A DNA stretch of 55,322 nt, filler included, from Bipalium vagum (GCA_037834085.1; 2 parts of 2 records of this genome joined end to end with filler, not necessarily neighbours in it), one strand, 5' to 3'; counted from the whole stretch's first letter, positions 13,101-27,110 are shown. Program-made: numbers and translations. The notes: generated by a model not told the origin, from the sequence alone.

Positions 13101-16100
13101 AAATAATTCAAAAAAGCATTCCATAAAATACTTCTCTTTTAGATTCTTAAAATTACAGTTTTTATCACAATGCATTCCCGAAAATAGTTCTCAAGAGATA
13201 TTTCTTTAATTTTAATAAATTTTTTTCTATTATTATTAATAAAAAATTATTGTTATTTATTATTATTTCTATAAAATCTGAGCTGAAATTATTCTCAGTC
13301 AAGCACAAACACGCAACTATAATTTCTTAATAATTTTCTTGTAACAAAAAATTTAAGCATTTTTTCAATGTTTTATTGTTTATTTTTTGATGAGTTTTTA
13401 ACGGTTATATTCCTCAAAAAACAGAAGTTTATTCTACATATCCACAATCGATATATTTGTGAAGGATATATTGTAATCTGCGCTTTACTTGATTCATTAT
13501 TCCAATAAGCTCAGCTCAGGGCAGATCTTCAGAAAGATATCACACTCAAAAAGCTAATATCAATAGTTTTAAAGCTAAAGGTCGACTCGACCAATAAAAT
13601 TCACAATATGCACACACACGTCTTTTTCAGTATCTCCAGCATCACTTGTATCCGGCAGTGCACCAGTGTGCTGTGCACATATGTAAATAAGAATATGCGA
13701 TTTTCAGAAATTAAGAAGAATCACGATCCAGTTCATTAAATATCAGAAAACGATAGTAGTGAGTAAATGTTTACCTTAAAATTTTATACAAACTGCGACC
13801 GTTTCCCGAATATCATATCCGAATAATTTAACACGAATTTAATTGAAATATAAAATCGATTTGAAAATATTTATCATCTCTCAATTGAATAATTAAAAAA
13901 TATTAACAAATAGAAATTAGATTTCTTAATTGTTTGAGACTTTCTCTATTTTTAATTAGTAACTATTTCATAAAATATACTAATTAAAAGATAGTAACAA
14001 TGATAATAATACTAATTAAAATAAACTTTAGAAATGATAAAAATTAATAATAATAATAAATCATTTAAAATATCCAAAATTAAGCATCGTTAAATAATTA
14101 ATTCTGTTGAGATTTTTATGCATTATTAAATTTTTGAATATTTATTAAAGAGCTCATTTTAACAAGAATAAATTATCATTATCTCACAGTAAAGACAAAA
14201 TTGAAATTCGCTTTTATTTTTCGATAAATATCAGTATTTGTTTCACCAATAATAATAGTAATTGACAAAAGAAATATATCAAATTGATTTTTTTGCGAGT
14301 GAAAATTTTTTTGTTAGATTTTTGAAATTTCATCTTTAGTTTGAAAAATAGAAAAAAATGATAAACCAATAATTATTAAATGATGATTTTAAAAAAAACA
14401 GTTGAGTTGCAATTTTTCATGGTTTTTTTAATGACTAAGTCAAGATAAGTTTCGTTAGAACAAAGCTATTAATTAAATAATAATAATCTTAATAAAAGCA
14501 AAAATGAATAAATACTTTAAAATATTTTTATGAAAAAACAAGAAAATACTTGATGAATCACGGTCAAGCTTTTCTCGCCGTGTTTTTGAAGAAAACCCCA
14601 CGACTTCGCCGTCAATAATTCTTCGCTTACGTTTTCGACCGTATGAAGAGGTATTTAATGGATTTTTAACACCATTTTTTAATTTCTCGTCATTTAAAAA
14701 TTTTTCTGGAATAATATGTTTAATAAACCAATTTTATTTGATTAATAATAATATTAATAATAAAAAAAGTTAAATATACCAGTTATTTATTATTTTTTCA
14801 TCTCAGGTCTATTTCATTCGTCCATTTTCCATAAAAATTATGAATAAACCACATTTTGTAATGGATTTATTGATTTATTTTTAATTTTTTTAAATTAAAT
14901 AATATTAAATTATTGATTTTTTTTTAAATTAAGTTTTAAATCAACAAAAAAATCAGAATAGTTAATTTGAAGTTTTCACGCCTTTCTTTTATTATTGCGT
15001 AACTCAATTAAAGATGCTGCAAAGTATAAATTTATCTCTTTGTCATGTCAAAGTGTTTCTATTAAAAACAGAAATTATGTAAAACACTTATTTAATTTTC
15101 AATAAATGAGAGTTTTTAGAATTATAGAAGTAAATAAATAAAAAATTAACAATAAAATAGAAATAATAAAATTATAATTATAATTATTAGTATTATTATT
15201 TTTTAAAATTAATATTAATAATAATAAAGTGAAAAATAATTAATAATCAAAAAATAATAACGGTACATAAGAACCTACCGTTTGATTCGTCCAAAATTTC
15301 AGTTGTAGAATCATCCTTTTCCTTTTTTGTAACAATTAAATCGACATTTGTTAACGATTCCGAATTGATATTTTCCTTCGAGTCCTTCAGTTCTTCTGTG
15401 TTTACTAAAAAAAATTTCCAAAATTTTTTCAAAATGATATTTGTCAAAGGAAACCTTGCTTGTTTTCTTCCCATAATTCTAGCATACCCATCTTATTGTG
15501 TCGAAACTGGAAGATGAGAAAATTATTTCAAAAATTTAAAAGATAAATTAATAAAATTAATAAAAAAAAGCGTTCCGATCAAAAGTACACTAAAGAAAAT
15601 TATTGATTTTATTAAAAAAAACTATTATAACTATAACATATTGATAATATTTATTTTAATTGGTTTTTTGTGTAATAAAATCATTTGAAAGTAACGTCTC
15701 AAGGCTTTCTACAAAAACCCGGATCAAAATTAATCGATTTAAATTTGCATAATCTTTCCAGAAAAAATTCTATTTAGAACCTGTCAAAGATGTTTTCTCC
15801 TAATTTTGGTTTGAACTCAACATTGTGTTGAAACCAGATTTTACAAAAATCAAGATCAGGATCATTTAAAAAATCAATATTGAGAAATTTCAAATAAATT
15901 AGGATATTATCAAAATATTTCAAATCTCATTTACAATCGATGAAATTTCGAAAATCAGACAGACGAGACTCGTATCCGCTGAATTAATTGCCAGTTTTGG
16001 TAGAATGTACTCCCCTTTCAATGAAAGGAATCTATGCAGAAATAAAAAAATGAGACAAGTAAAAAGTAAAGAAGACCCAGTTTCGTTTTTGAGGAAAATG

Positions 16101-19100
16101 TGATTTTTCCATAATGACAGAACATTGCTACGATTACAACGGGAAAAGTATTTCGTTAAATTTTTAAAATCAAATATTTCCATTACAAAAAAAGTAAATT
16201 TCAATAATCAAAATCTTCTCCAATATTTTAAAAATGTATACCGTTCTGAAGATGTGCAATAAGACAATGAAATACACTTTTCGTCTTTATGATCAATAAA
16301 TACATTATTTATAGAATCATTATTTTATCACTATTATTATTATTGAGTAAGAGGAAGACCGTCTATATTGACAGTCAAAACAATTGTGTCCCTTTTTCGT
16401 TGCGGTGTGATTAGACGGGAAAAGTAAGATAATGTTTACAACTCTTTACCACCGTAAACCGAGCTTAATTACTCTGGAGAAGGAGAGAAAGAAATGAAGA
16501 ATCTGTCAACGGAAATCGGAAATCGCAGTTTAAAAATATTTTTATTTTTCAAAATGTTTTGAATTAAAAAGTTTTGCGTGTTTACGTGCGAGTGTTTTTA
16601 TCGCTAAACTTGTCGCTTGTCTCTTAGTCCAAAAGTAAAATTGTATTGCATAATAGCGAAACGGTCTCATCGTCTGGATTGATAAAGAGAACATTTTACT
16701 GTTCGGAAAACGACGAAAATAATTCGCAACAATTTATTTATCAAAAACACAAAAACCAATGCTTTCCGATAATCTGTTTATCAATACTAAATCCAATTCC
16801 TGATTTCGTACACTACGACTTGATCACTTGCTGAAAATGGATTCCATGGAATTTTTAAAGAGATATTACGCGAACCAGAATAATTTTGTTCATTTTACAT
16901 TTCACGTCTTATTGATTATTATTAATAATGTTAATATTATTAGTGATGACTGTTTAAAATTATCGATAAATGAATCAGAAGTACCTAAATAAAGGAAAAG
17001 ACTTAAACTTTGAACCTTGAGATTTAAATAAAACTGATTTTCTTTGTATAGTGTTGAAAATTTAAACTTGGAAACCGCAGAACAAGATTAAAATCTAGAA
17101 AATGCTCTTTCGAAAAGAAAACCCACTGAAGAATCTTCAATAACAAAACGAATGATGATCAATAAAGTGAGATTTTTGATGAAAATGAATTAATCAAAGC
17201 TATTTTGAGGTAATTTTAAAATGATGATATAAATATTTTACAACGAAAATCATTTTAAAATGAAATATGCTTAAATCGATTTCAGATTGAACATGCTCAT
17301 AGACCAGTGATAACTTCCAACAAAGCTAACAAGAGCAACAACGAACAGAACAAGTGAAAATGAAACAAACAAACAAAAACCAAGGGGACGATCACAAAAT
17401 GGGAAGCAAAGTTGCGAAGATAATGATAAAAATAATCAACATATTTTTGGGTACTCGGAGAAACAAAAACTTTCCAGAAACACGTGTAACGTTTTTTGTC
17501 GAAGATTCAATGAATCAAAAATTATAATTTATAAATTTAATAATTATTAAATAATAAGTGACACATTAAATTATGGCAACAAAATAATTAATATTAGATT
17601 TTATCGATTGATTGTGTAAGAATAAGGAATTGGTAAAAGCAGAAAACAAACAGATAAAGCAGGAAGCAACAAAGTTCGAAAACGGAGAAGTGCAGCATTC
17701 ATGATTATTATATTAAATGAAAATGATCAGTAAACTTTTGATAGGAAACTTTTTTGATAATCAATGAATTAAAGAAATGTCAGACATGTTCGAACGAAAA
17801 GTTATTTTCAAGAACCAAAAATTGTCAAATATAAAAATAAGAATAATCAAAAGCACAATAAAATATGGTAACAAAAATAATCAATATAAAAATGAAATCA
17901 TTTAAAAATTTACAATTCTCTAAAAATATGAATATTGATAAATTATAAATTAAAACCACTAAGCATCTGACTAATAATGATGAAAAAATATATAATTTTC
18001 CAGATCTATTTTTATTAAATCTGTAATATTATTAATAAAATCATTAAAACAATAACAATTTTCTTTGTAAAGTGAAACCAATCTTTCGGACCATAGTTAA
18101 TCGATATAAATTGAATTTCATACAAAACATAAATTATGAATTTAAAAATATAAAAAGTTTTAATTAAATAAACCATTAGGAAAGATAATAGACACAAGTA
18201 AAAATTGGGTACAAGGAAAGTTAGACAAGAAGTATAATTAAATTATAAAATAAAATCATTAAAAACGTGGATAATGTGTTTGATAAAAGAGTGATATTTC
18301 AAAAGAAGAGATGATATATAAGTAATTTGAGAAATATTAAATTTAATAACCTTTTTAAGGTGATTTTAAAATAGGATGTTAAAAAACCAAAAAAATTTCA
18401 AAATAATCAATCTTTTTTCTAATCATATTTCGATCAATATCTTTTTTAAATATTGATTTTAAGTAAATCATAAAACCAATAAAGCTGTGATTATGAAAAT
18501 CAAATAACTTAAAGTATTTTAATGAAGGACTTTCTATGCAAATGGATATCGAATATCTGTGTTATTAATTGATTAAAATAGTTGGATCAATAAAGGAAAA
18601 CATCGATTTTAAGAAAATATTATTATAATATCTCATCAAAAGCATTCTGGTGAGGAACGCTAAAACAAAAAGTAAAGTGCTTTTTTAAAATTAGAATATA
18701 TAATAATAGATAATCTGATTTTATTGGAAAGAAAAGAAGAACATGAAAGATGGTAAAATAATAAGAAAATTTCAATGAAAATCAAATTGAAAATAGCTCT
18801 TTTAGTGAGAGATAAAAGAAAATTGGACAAGAAGTACTTTGCAAAATGATTTACAAGAGTCGGATTCAAATGATAGAAAATCTATCTTTTTTCACACTAT
18901 TTTTTTGCAATGATGATTTTCTTGTAGAGGAAACCCATGGAAAAAATCTTTGATCGAAAAAATTGATTTATTCATTAATTCCTTCTTTTTCTGATTTTTT
19001 TCATTGAAAATTAACGATTCTTCTTTAAAATTATTTTACGTTCTTATTTTTGGGTGCAAGTTTCGATACAGAGAAAAAAGAAATAGACCAAAGCATATAT

Positions 19101-21860
19101 TGTTGAGTTAACAAAATTAACAAATCATTCAAAACTGTTGTTGTTCTTAAATTAACCGGTCGCAAAAACTAAATAGTGGACAATGCGGAACGATGGTGTG
19201 CTAAACATACGGTGAAGACTACATTTAAACATGAAAAGATTTTAAAGCGAATAATTGACATTTCTGTCAGAGTGAATATTGATTTTAAATTTTATCAATT
19301 GATTTTTTAAGGAAATATATGATTTTCTCCTGTAGAAAACATTCCTTAAATAATGCTAAAGTTGCAGCTCCACGTTCCATCAGTTAATCTATTGAAGTGG
19401 AGTCAAAATTCAAGATTGATTTTTGTAATATTAATAATTATTATTATTATTATTATTTCCCTTTGTCAGCCTTGATATATATATTTTCTTGAGATGTCTT
19501 TTATTAATAATCAATACCATTAAAAAATCATGAAACATTGACAGATTGGTTGAAAGAATATGGACTGCAGCTTTAGTATTATTACTCAGTTAGGTAACAC
19601 TATTATTGATAAATAAAAACATTCATATTGGTACCAAATCAGATTGATATATTGATCAATCAATATCGATTATATTGAGTATTCGACCTAATTTACTTTT
19701 TCTTATTACAAATGTGCAAATTTCGGCCTGTTAAAAAAATAGAGAAACTTTCTTAATTGAGAATATGAATTAGAGAACATTTACAAGAAACATAGAACCC
19801 TTAATAACAACTTTGTTATATGAAATAATTTGTGGAAAAATTCCAGGAAAAGTGAACAGGAATTTTGTGTAATAATCGGTATTTTTTGAACCCAGTAATG
19901 AAGGAAAGATCGTATAGAAATCAATTAGAAAACATCATTCGAAAAATGTTGTACGGCCAGAAAATATAGTGAAAAATCAATAAATCGTTAAAGATTTTCT
20001 TTAGGAGATTTTAGCGGGCTATAATTCTATATTTATTTGATTTGAGAAAGAAATAATGGATCAAAACAAGTAATTTAAAGATCGATTTTGTATTTATTTC
20101 ATTTGATAATAATTTTAATAAAACGTTTAACCTATCGACGAAAATCAACATTAATTCCAATATCGAAGTTTTTTTCTGGTAACAGGAGAAAATGAATGAT
20201 TATGATAATGAGAAGGAGAATGACGATGAAACCAAGGAAAACCGAATAGAGGTACAGAAGTTTTTCACTGTAGGACATGTTTTAAATATATAACAAGATA
20301 CTGTGATGAAAAACTATCCGATACGGAAACTGTCCTCAGTAGACAGAACATCATCACGAGCAAAAATCGATTTGTTACCATCACTAATTCCATCTAAATT
20401 TCAAAAACCAAGAAAATCAGTATTTAATCAACGATATCTTTTGTATTATGTAAGTAATGAGTTAGGAACATTTTTATTACTCGCGAGTTGTAAATTTGAA
20501 CATTTCCTTTTCGATAATAGGAACAATTGATTATATCCAAAACAACAGTGGATTTATTTATAAAACAATGACAAGGATCAAATCAATAATTTCTGTCACA
20601 TTATAACCGAAATTTCAAAGAGAAAAACTAAAAAAACTAATGATAAAGATAATCGAAATGATAATATTTAATTTTTTATAATTGATTTTCTTATAAATAA
20701 TCAATAATAATAAAAATAATAATATATTAAAATCGATTGATAATTGATAATTACTAAAAATAATCAATAATAATATAAATAAAAAAATTAATTATCATTA
20801 ATAATAAGAATTGTAACAATAAAATTATAATAGAAATCAATAATAAAATTAAAAACAAATAATATTATTGATTATTTAAAATTTAATGAATAATGAAAAT
20901 AATTTTTAATAATAATAATGCTAGTAATAACTATAAATAAGAGAATAAAAATATTAATTATTATAATTAACAAGAATCGATAACAATAAAATTATAATAA
21001 ACAATCGATAATGAAATTAAGAATAATTATTTAAAAAATCGATATGAATAACGAAAATAATTGGTAACAAAATTATATTGATAAAAATAATAACAATCGA
21101 TAATTTCGAAAATTTTAAAGAATGAATTCTATTCGGAATTCGTTGATCTTTTGGGAAAAGAAGCGCGTATAAATACTCACATTGTGACCGTAAACTGAAT
21201 TTAAAAAAACAAATGAAAGTGAGTCGCTAAATTTTCAACCGAAAAATCTAAATGAAATAATAATGAACAGTGTTTTTTACCGAATACATATTTACAGTGA
21301 CTCAAAACCAAGCCCCAAAGAAAACGGTTTCGATTTGAAAATGGAGAAGAGCTTAATAATAATATAGTTGTTATTGCCGTACTCCATATTTAATTTTTTT
21401 GTTTGACATTCTTAATCAATAATCCTTCTACTTACAACAGTAGACAGTGTATGATGTCGTTTTATTTATATTAGCTGTATATAAAAGTTACTGACTGCTA
21501 CTTTCATCGATTGAAACATACAATCCAAATTTCAATATAGAATTATTTTCAGTTTCATAAGCAATTTTAAGAGCGCAAAGATCTCGCTGAATCGATTTCT
21601 GGTTGAATAAAGTTAGGAAATCGAAATTGAAGTGTAACTTTTCACCATTTTAAAATTTATAACGTGATTAAATGGCAATGAAAATATTGATAATTAACAA
21701 AATCCACTACTTGATGTCTTACTTTCAATGTTGATCCTGGTAAATAACCGATATTTTTGTTCCAAACCAATGGATCGTAACACGAGTTTAGTAAAGATTT
21801 GCAAAATTGATTTGTTGAATATTTAATGAATTCTATTCCCGGATCTTTTGTGTTATTCAT
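1157..21860 (-). CDS. L3MBTL: Lethal(3)malignant brain tumor-like protein (3 MBT repeats, C2HC zinc finger, C-terminal SAM), 14 coding exons, 852 aa
   Basis: Exons: 21860-21723, 15506-15455, 15404-15279, 14705-14550, 10881-10772, 9049-8815, 7786-7692, 7635-7407, 7347-7259, 5742-5499, 4875-4785, 4739-4440, 1911-1368, 1306-1157. All junctions are GT-AG and phase-compatible, and the total is 2559 nt. Motifs: N-terminal W..IGYLPGSTLK|FRHNKMGMLE; NLS-like RKRKRR; MBT1 LEGIDP...RLRLHFDGY; MBT2 LEAVDKRN...VHFDGWDSSYDMW; MBT3 CEVIDKR...GFDDWSEKYNY; C2HC CPIYGCKGYGHVKGPRYSNHQRISGCPYA; SAM EVDGAAFMCLKQMDLMKVLGMKLGPAIKL. Additional small exons in the long introns cannot be excluded. Confidence 0.92.
3790..4300 (-). 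mobile_element. Degenerate mariner transposase fragment (intronic)
   Basis: The minus strand at about 3805-3870 reads ...SDEKWICYDNRRR (mariner GDEKWIYYDN motif). NLEDE and ELTE remnants lie upstream. Many stops and frameshifts; boundaries approximate. Confidence 0.6.
5080..5320 (+). mobile_element. Small degenerate mariner fragment
   Basis: About 5170-5211 translates DVIHHKLLRSDQTV, resembling mariner GVIHYELLKPGQTV. The rest is decayed. Confidence 0.4.
13458..13679 (+). mobile_element. Possible short solo LTR
   Basis: GC-richer island with TGTG...CACA termini and an internal AATAAA (about 13593). The flanks tatt/tatg match only 3 of 4, so the TSD is imperfect. Confidence 0.35.
16340..20530 (+). 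mobile_element. Highly decayed LINE-like retrotransposon relic(s) in L3MBTL intron 1, antisense to the host gene
   Basis: CpG-richer 5'UTR-like block (16340-16860). FQIEHAHRP at about 17280-17306 resembles the IERAHR motif of L1-type ORF1. LGDF at about 20002 resembles the APE endonuclease GDFN motif. No intact ORF; may be several fragments. Confidence 0.45.
19351..19582. mobile_element. MITE-like element with ~40-bp imperfect terminal inverted repeats
   Basis: The left end aatgctaaagttgcagctccacgttccatcagttaatctat aligns with the reverse complement of the right end, aatactaaagctgcagtccatattctttcaaccaatctgt. TA at both outer edges; non-coding AT-rich interior. Confidence 0.55.
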
Positions 21861-23699
21861 TATTGAAACTGAAGATTACCTGAAAAATAGTTTCCATGTA
21901 AATCATTAAGCAATTAAATAATGTATTTTTGAAATGAAATATATATGAAATTAAAAAATTCGTTTTTACGTTAAAACTTTAACAAAATCAAATTTAAATT
22001 TTCAAAGAAAAACAAATTGTAATTTAAATAAATGTAAAAATGTTCGATTAAAAAATTCTAATTATTAAAACGAGAGCAGTTGGAAAATATTACGGGAAAT
22101 TAAATATAATAAAATATTTCTAATGGAAATGAGTTTTTTTGATTAAACGATTCAAAATGTAACAGTTGTGAAATTTAATTATTAAACATAACAAGGCATT
22201 AATAAAAAATTTAATTAAATATAAAAATTAATATAAATTATAATGTTTTTATAATTATTTGTCAAAATATCAATAATTTACCGGTTTTTTGCGTTAAGAC
22301 TTCTAACGAAATACCAACAAAATAAACGCGCAGTATATAATAGAATATATTGGTGAAATCATATATGCTAGTTAACAGTGGATAAATGAACACACAAATC
22401 CAGACACACATACACGAACACATACAGATACCATATACTGGAGTATATGGTTTGTTACACGGCACGCCGGATGGCGATAATAGTTAGTTATATCATGAGT
22501 TCCTACATTATGCATGTGTGCCAAAAATAAAGTATTCATACATTCAGTCGAATTGTGTGTAGACAGACATGCTTTCATCATCAATGCTAGCAGTATGTGG
22601 ACCGAGAGAGTTGGTATGTATGAACAAGTATAAATTCAATATTCCTCCCTCTCTACCATATCTTTCTATCTCCCCACTTATCAGTATCTGTCTTATTCTC
22701 TACCTATTGTAATGTTGTGTTTTTGAGATTATATATGCAGCATATATGTATTGATATGTATAACGACGTATAAAGAACGATTTGACTGACAAACATTCAT
22801 CTGATGACACGAAAGTATTTTTGAGAAACAACGTGCCTGTGTGTCTGTCGGTGGGTGGGTGTTGCATAAAATTACTTTAAAAAATAGAAGAAAAATGTAA
22901 AACTTTATACTTTCTTGTATGTGAGATGCGTGTATTGTAGCTTTGTAACAAAGGAAAACTGAATCTATATGATCACGGATTGATTGGATAATAATTATCG
23001 ATCATAGCATAATCCAATCCTAACGAATCGAAATCGTTTCAACACACTGTATCACAAATTTACGTTGGTAAATTCAATCTATTAATTTTCAAAATTATTC
23101 TTTGGCCGAAATGATTTTCCAGTTACAACATTCATTCATATTCATGTTCAATAATAATAGTAAAATGTTAGTTTAATAAGAAAGAGTCCATTTGGATTGT
23201 GTCGAAACGATTCCAGCTATTTTGACATACATCAATTGACAATCGTATTTTTTTCATTGTTTTAATATTTTTTATTAATTTCATTAATATTTAGGTAAAC
23301 TGCACTGTACAATGACAAATTTAAGAGTACCAGTCTTGTATTGTGATTTACCGTGATTGTCGTTTTTCAATTTCCATGAGACTAACGAAAAAGAAATCGG
23401 AAAAGTAAATTGACACAAAATTAAAAATAATAACCAAAAAACTATGAAAAGAAACTATTGATTAGTGTCATATGCAAATTAAAAATAAAAATCTAAGCTT
23501 ACAAATATCAATCCAACCAACACAAAATTGTTTTGAATCATCAAACTGAAAATTACATTTATTTCATTCGAATTCGTTTAACCACAATAAATATAAATAA
23601 TACATCGCGAAAATTTCAAAAATTGTTAATTATTATAATCATAATAATAATTCGACTAATATTGAGGCTGTTGAAGATTTGAACTAGTTTCATTTAGGT

Positions 23700-24250
23700 A
23701 AGTAATTTTTGGTGGGAGAAATGGTTACCTTTGAAAAACATTGAATTAGGATAAAGATATTTATTTAAATTACATGCACCTTATAAACCGATAATTTTTG
23801 TGAAGACTCATTATTGGAAAAATTTGATTTTTGGCCTAAAATTTTACATTCTTGTATAGAATTGAACTTTATCTTGTTGAGAGACCTATAGTGAGATCTA
23901 AATAAATGGTAATCTGACATTGCCAGATCCGTTACTTCCCATCCAAACTCGTTCAATTTTTTCAATTGTTCAAAGATGAGAGTGGTCTGGCATTGCTGAA
24001 CCAGACCACATTTATCTCATTTATCAATTTTTGACTGGTTTTTTAATCTTCTTAATTGATCACAATGCAAATCAGAAAAAACCGTTTATTATACAACCAG
24101 AATTCATAAGAAATAATTCCTTTCCAATCCAACCATACACAACATTATTTTGTTTGATATCAATTCATGTTATAGGTAACCATTTTTCGTAGTCCCCTTT
24201 TGGTTTAGAAATGGTTTACTCTTATTTTATAGTAGTAACTCAGATTAAAC
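23700..24250 (-). mobile_element. Degenerate mariner transposase, C-terminal half
   Basis: ORF 23765-23965 contains KLNEFGWEV...DLAMSDYHLFRS (YSPDLAPSDYHLF region). A frameshifted MLC..WLDWKGIISYE lies at about 24100-24150. Confidence 0.7.
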
Positions 24251-24856
24251 CTATCTATTTTTTATGTTAAGTAGTGTAGGATGCAAACATCAATTTTAAT
24301 TTATTTTTCACTTTAAAAGTCTAAGAGTTTTGATTTATTCTCAGATTTTTTGATGAGTCCACTTTTTTTTCTCACTTTCTTTTTTCTATGGTAAAATTAA
24401 ACCCTATCACGCTGTACTTTGATGATTGATAAAAAGTAATTTTTCGACTTAAATGAAAAAGGGAGATTTTTCTTTCATGATACTTATATCGTAAGGAAAT
24501 ACATATGTATATTATCGGTGAATTATTCCCATCTGAGAATAAGCTGTTAGGTGAATCCGGAAAATTCGGGATTTTGACTAACTTTTTTAAAGAAAATAAA
24601 TGTAGATGCTGGCTAGACCTAATTACTGTTGGGTTACCCATATTGGACAGATAGTGGTGATCAGTATATTAGTCATTGTGTTTTTCTATCAATAAAGTTT
24701 TATTGTTGGGGTCTTGATTCAGTTCTTAGGGTGCGGATATATTAGTATTTTTGTGGGAGTTTTGATTCAGATATAGTTGGGAGGGATGGAGACAACATTT
24801 TTATAAAAGTGAGGAGTTACGAGTACACGAGCACACCTTACTACGTCTAAGTATAA

Positions 24857-25818
24857 TAGTAACAATTTCAATTCCTTCTAATTGGTTAATTTTATTTGAG
24901 TTACTGGCCCAGTATGTGGACGAGCATTATCCTGTTGCAGAAGTATCCGCTTTCTGTTGACTAAAACAGGATATTTTATGGCTAATTGTTGGCAAATCCG
25001 ATCGAGCTGAATAAATTATAACTCAGCAGTAATGGTTTGGCCATCTGGAAGTACTTCGAAGTTTATAATCCCCTCAGTTCCATCACTCGCACAATATGAT
25101 CTTTTTTCCGAACCTATCTGGTTTTGGAACAGCCTTGGGCTTCTGACCTAGTTCTAGCCATTGATTTCTTCTGTTTGCATTTCAATAATATATCCATTTT
25201 TCGTCGCACGTGACTATGAGACGTATAAAGCGTTCATCATTTGAATTATTTAATAATTGACGACAGATCGACAAACGGTGTTCAGCTTGACTTGGCGTCA
25301 AATCATGCGGTACTTCAGAAACGCGCTTGTATCGCTTGTTACGTTGATGTAGATGACTAACCACAGATGGTTGTGATGTTCCGGTCTCAGCCGACAATCT
25401 ACGTGTACTATTTGATGGATTCATTTCTACGGCTTTGAGAATAGCTTCTGACGCTACAGTTGTGGAACGTCCACTGAGAGGATAATTATTGAGGTTTATA
25501 TCACCCTTGTTGAATTTTTTGAACCACTTTTGAGCAGTTCTTATGGACACTGATTTGTCGCCTTCAACTTCACATCTTTTCTTTACCATATTTATGGGTC
25601 TGAAATTATGCTTCCGGTAATGTTTCAGAAATATACGGATTGCTAATTTATCCATTCTTTTTTACTGAATAAATATATATATATACAAACTACATATAAC
25701 TTAATATAATTAAAAGTGTCCCTTTCTCAGCTTTCAAATGGTGTGCGAATAATATATGTAAAATTTACTTTTAAAGTTTATATAGGAAAAACACACGAAC
25801 TTATAAATCAACCCAATA
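24857..25818 (-). mobile_element. Mariner element: 5' TIR plus transposase pseudogene, 3'-truncated
   Basis: TIR ta-ttgggttgatttataagttcgtgtgtttttc (minus strand from 25818). ORF 25182-25655 has a mariner HTH (SIRTAQKWFKKF...SGR), EVPHDL (WVPHEL) and IVTCDEKWIYY, then a premature stop. It continues, broken, to LLQQDNARPHT (about 24915-24945) and ends before YSPDL. Confidence 0.9.
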
Positions 25819-25824
25819 TTTGAC

Positions 25825-27110
25825 TGTTTTAAGCAATTTCTATCGACACGAGTCTTCTTCCCAGCCATTATTCGTCCGAGATAAAGTCCCATTATAACAG
25901 CTTTATAGCTGATCTTAATTCTTTTCTTATAGAGCTTAATACCTCTTTTATCATTGGTTGGATGAGAAGTAGAAAATATTCTAAATTTACCTCTTCTTTT
26001 ATTCATAGGGAAACGCAAGTTTATGACAATTTCTTCATTATTTATTTCTTTATTTTACACTCAATAATCAATGCCATACCAATAATCAGAAACTGAATTT
26101 CTTGCCCTTAGTGACTAAAATAAATAAAGTTGACCTTGACATATCAGCTGCCAAATTTTTCTTTTTCTCCCTTTTAGCTTGTTAGACATCGTCTCTACCT
26201 GGGTAAACTACTTCATGATTGCTCAGTCGTTTCCTTCTTTTATCGGGCTTATTCCCTTAAAACGTCTGTTGTTTGCTTCAGTTTTCGATAAAACTTTTAC
26301 AGTTTGTATTCTGTTCGTAATGCTTTCCTTGATATCTGTGCATAGTACCATTCTTCCTCTCGTACTGCTGATTATAAATTGAGTAATAGTATCGACTTTC
26401 CACTTCTTCAATCCATTTTCTACCTACTTTGACAATGTTGACTCCCTGATGTTCGTTATCAGTATTTTCACTATTCCCTATCTACTACGATTTTGAGGAC
26501 GCATTCTGTTGAGTTAAATCAGTCTTTTTGACGTTTTTTATTCAGATGAAAATATCTTCCTTGACACTGAACTGTATTCTACATTCTGTGAACTATTTGT
26601 TGAATGTATTCTGATTTAATACAGACCCATTGTAAAACTAATCTCATAGATTTGAGTATTATTTTTTCTCATGCCGTCTGCAATTCTATCTTGCAAAGTC
26701 TGTTTTGCAATCTCCTTTTTCTAGATATTGTAATGTTGGGTTCACGTAGTCCAGATCGATTGGCATATTGTTATTTCTTACAAACTATGAAAATTGAATT
26801 ATTATTGTAAAAGAAAATAAAATTCAGAAGAGATTGTAAATGAGGTGAAGAAATTCGATAATGGTAGAGTAATACCAGTAGAAGTGAAATAAGTCCCTTA
26901 TAAAGATGCTGAAATAAGAAATCCAGTATCGGTATACCAAAAGTCATATATAAATAACACCTACAGAAATGGAAACAGACAGCAATCGGAAAGAAGCAGG
27001 CCAGTGGGGTTTTGTACAGTTTTAATAAAATTTGATACATTAGAAAATTCTGTCAAAATCGGAAAAGAAGACATTGTTTTTCTTGTGGTTAGGAAGAACG
27101 TGTAAGAATT
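25825..27110 (-). mobile_element. Possible decayed non-LTR retrotransposon ORF2 fragment
   Basis: A-rich, coding-like minus strand with short broken ORFs. ELRSAIK...NG at about 25890-25922 resembles the endonuclease-RT linker. Weak evidence. Confidence 0.3.

Noticed and set aside
22801-22814. CTGATGA-cac-GAAA, resembling a hammerhead ribozyme core (also CTGATGAGAAA at about 34152)
   Set aside because: No stem II, and no pairing for stems I and III or an NUH cleavage site.
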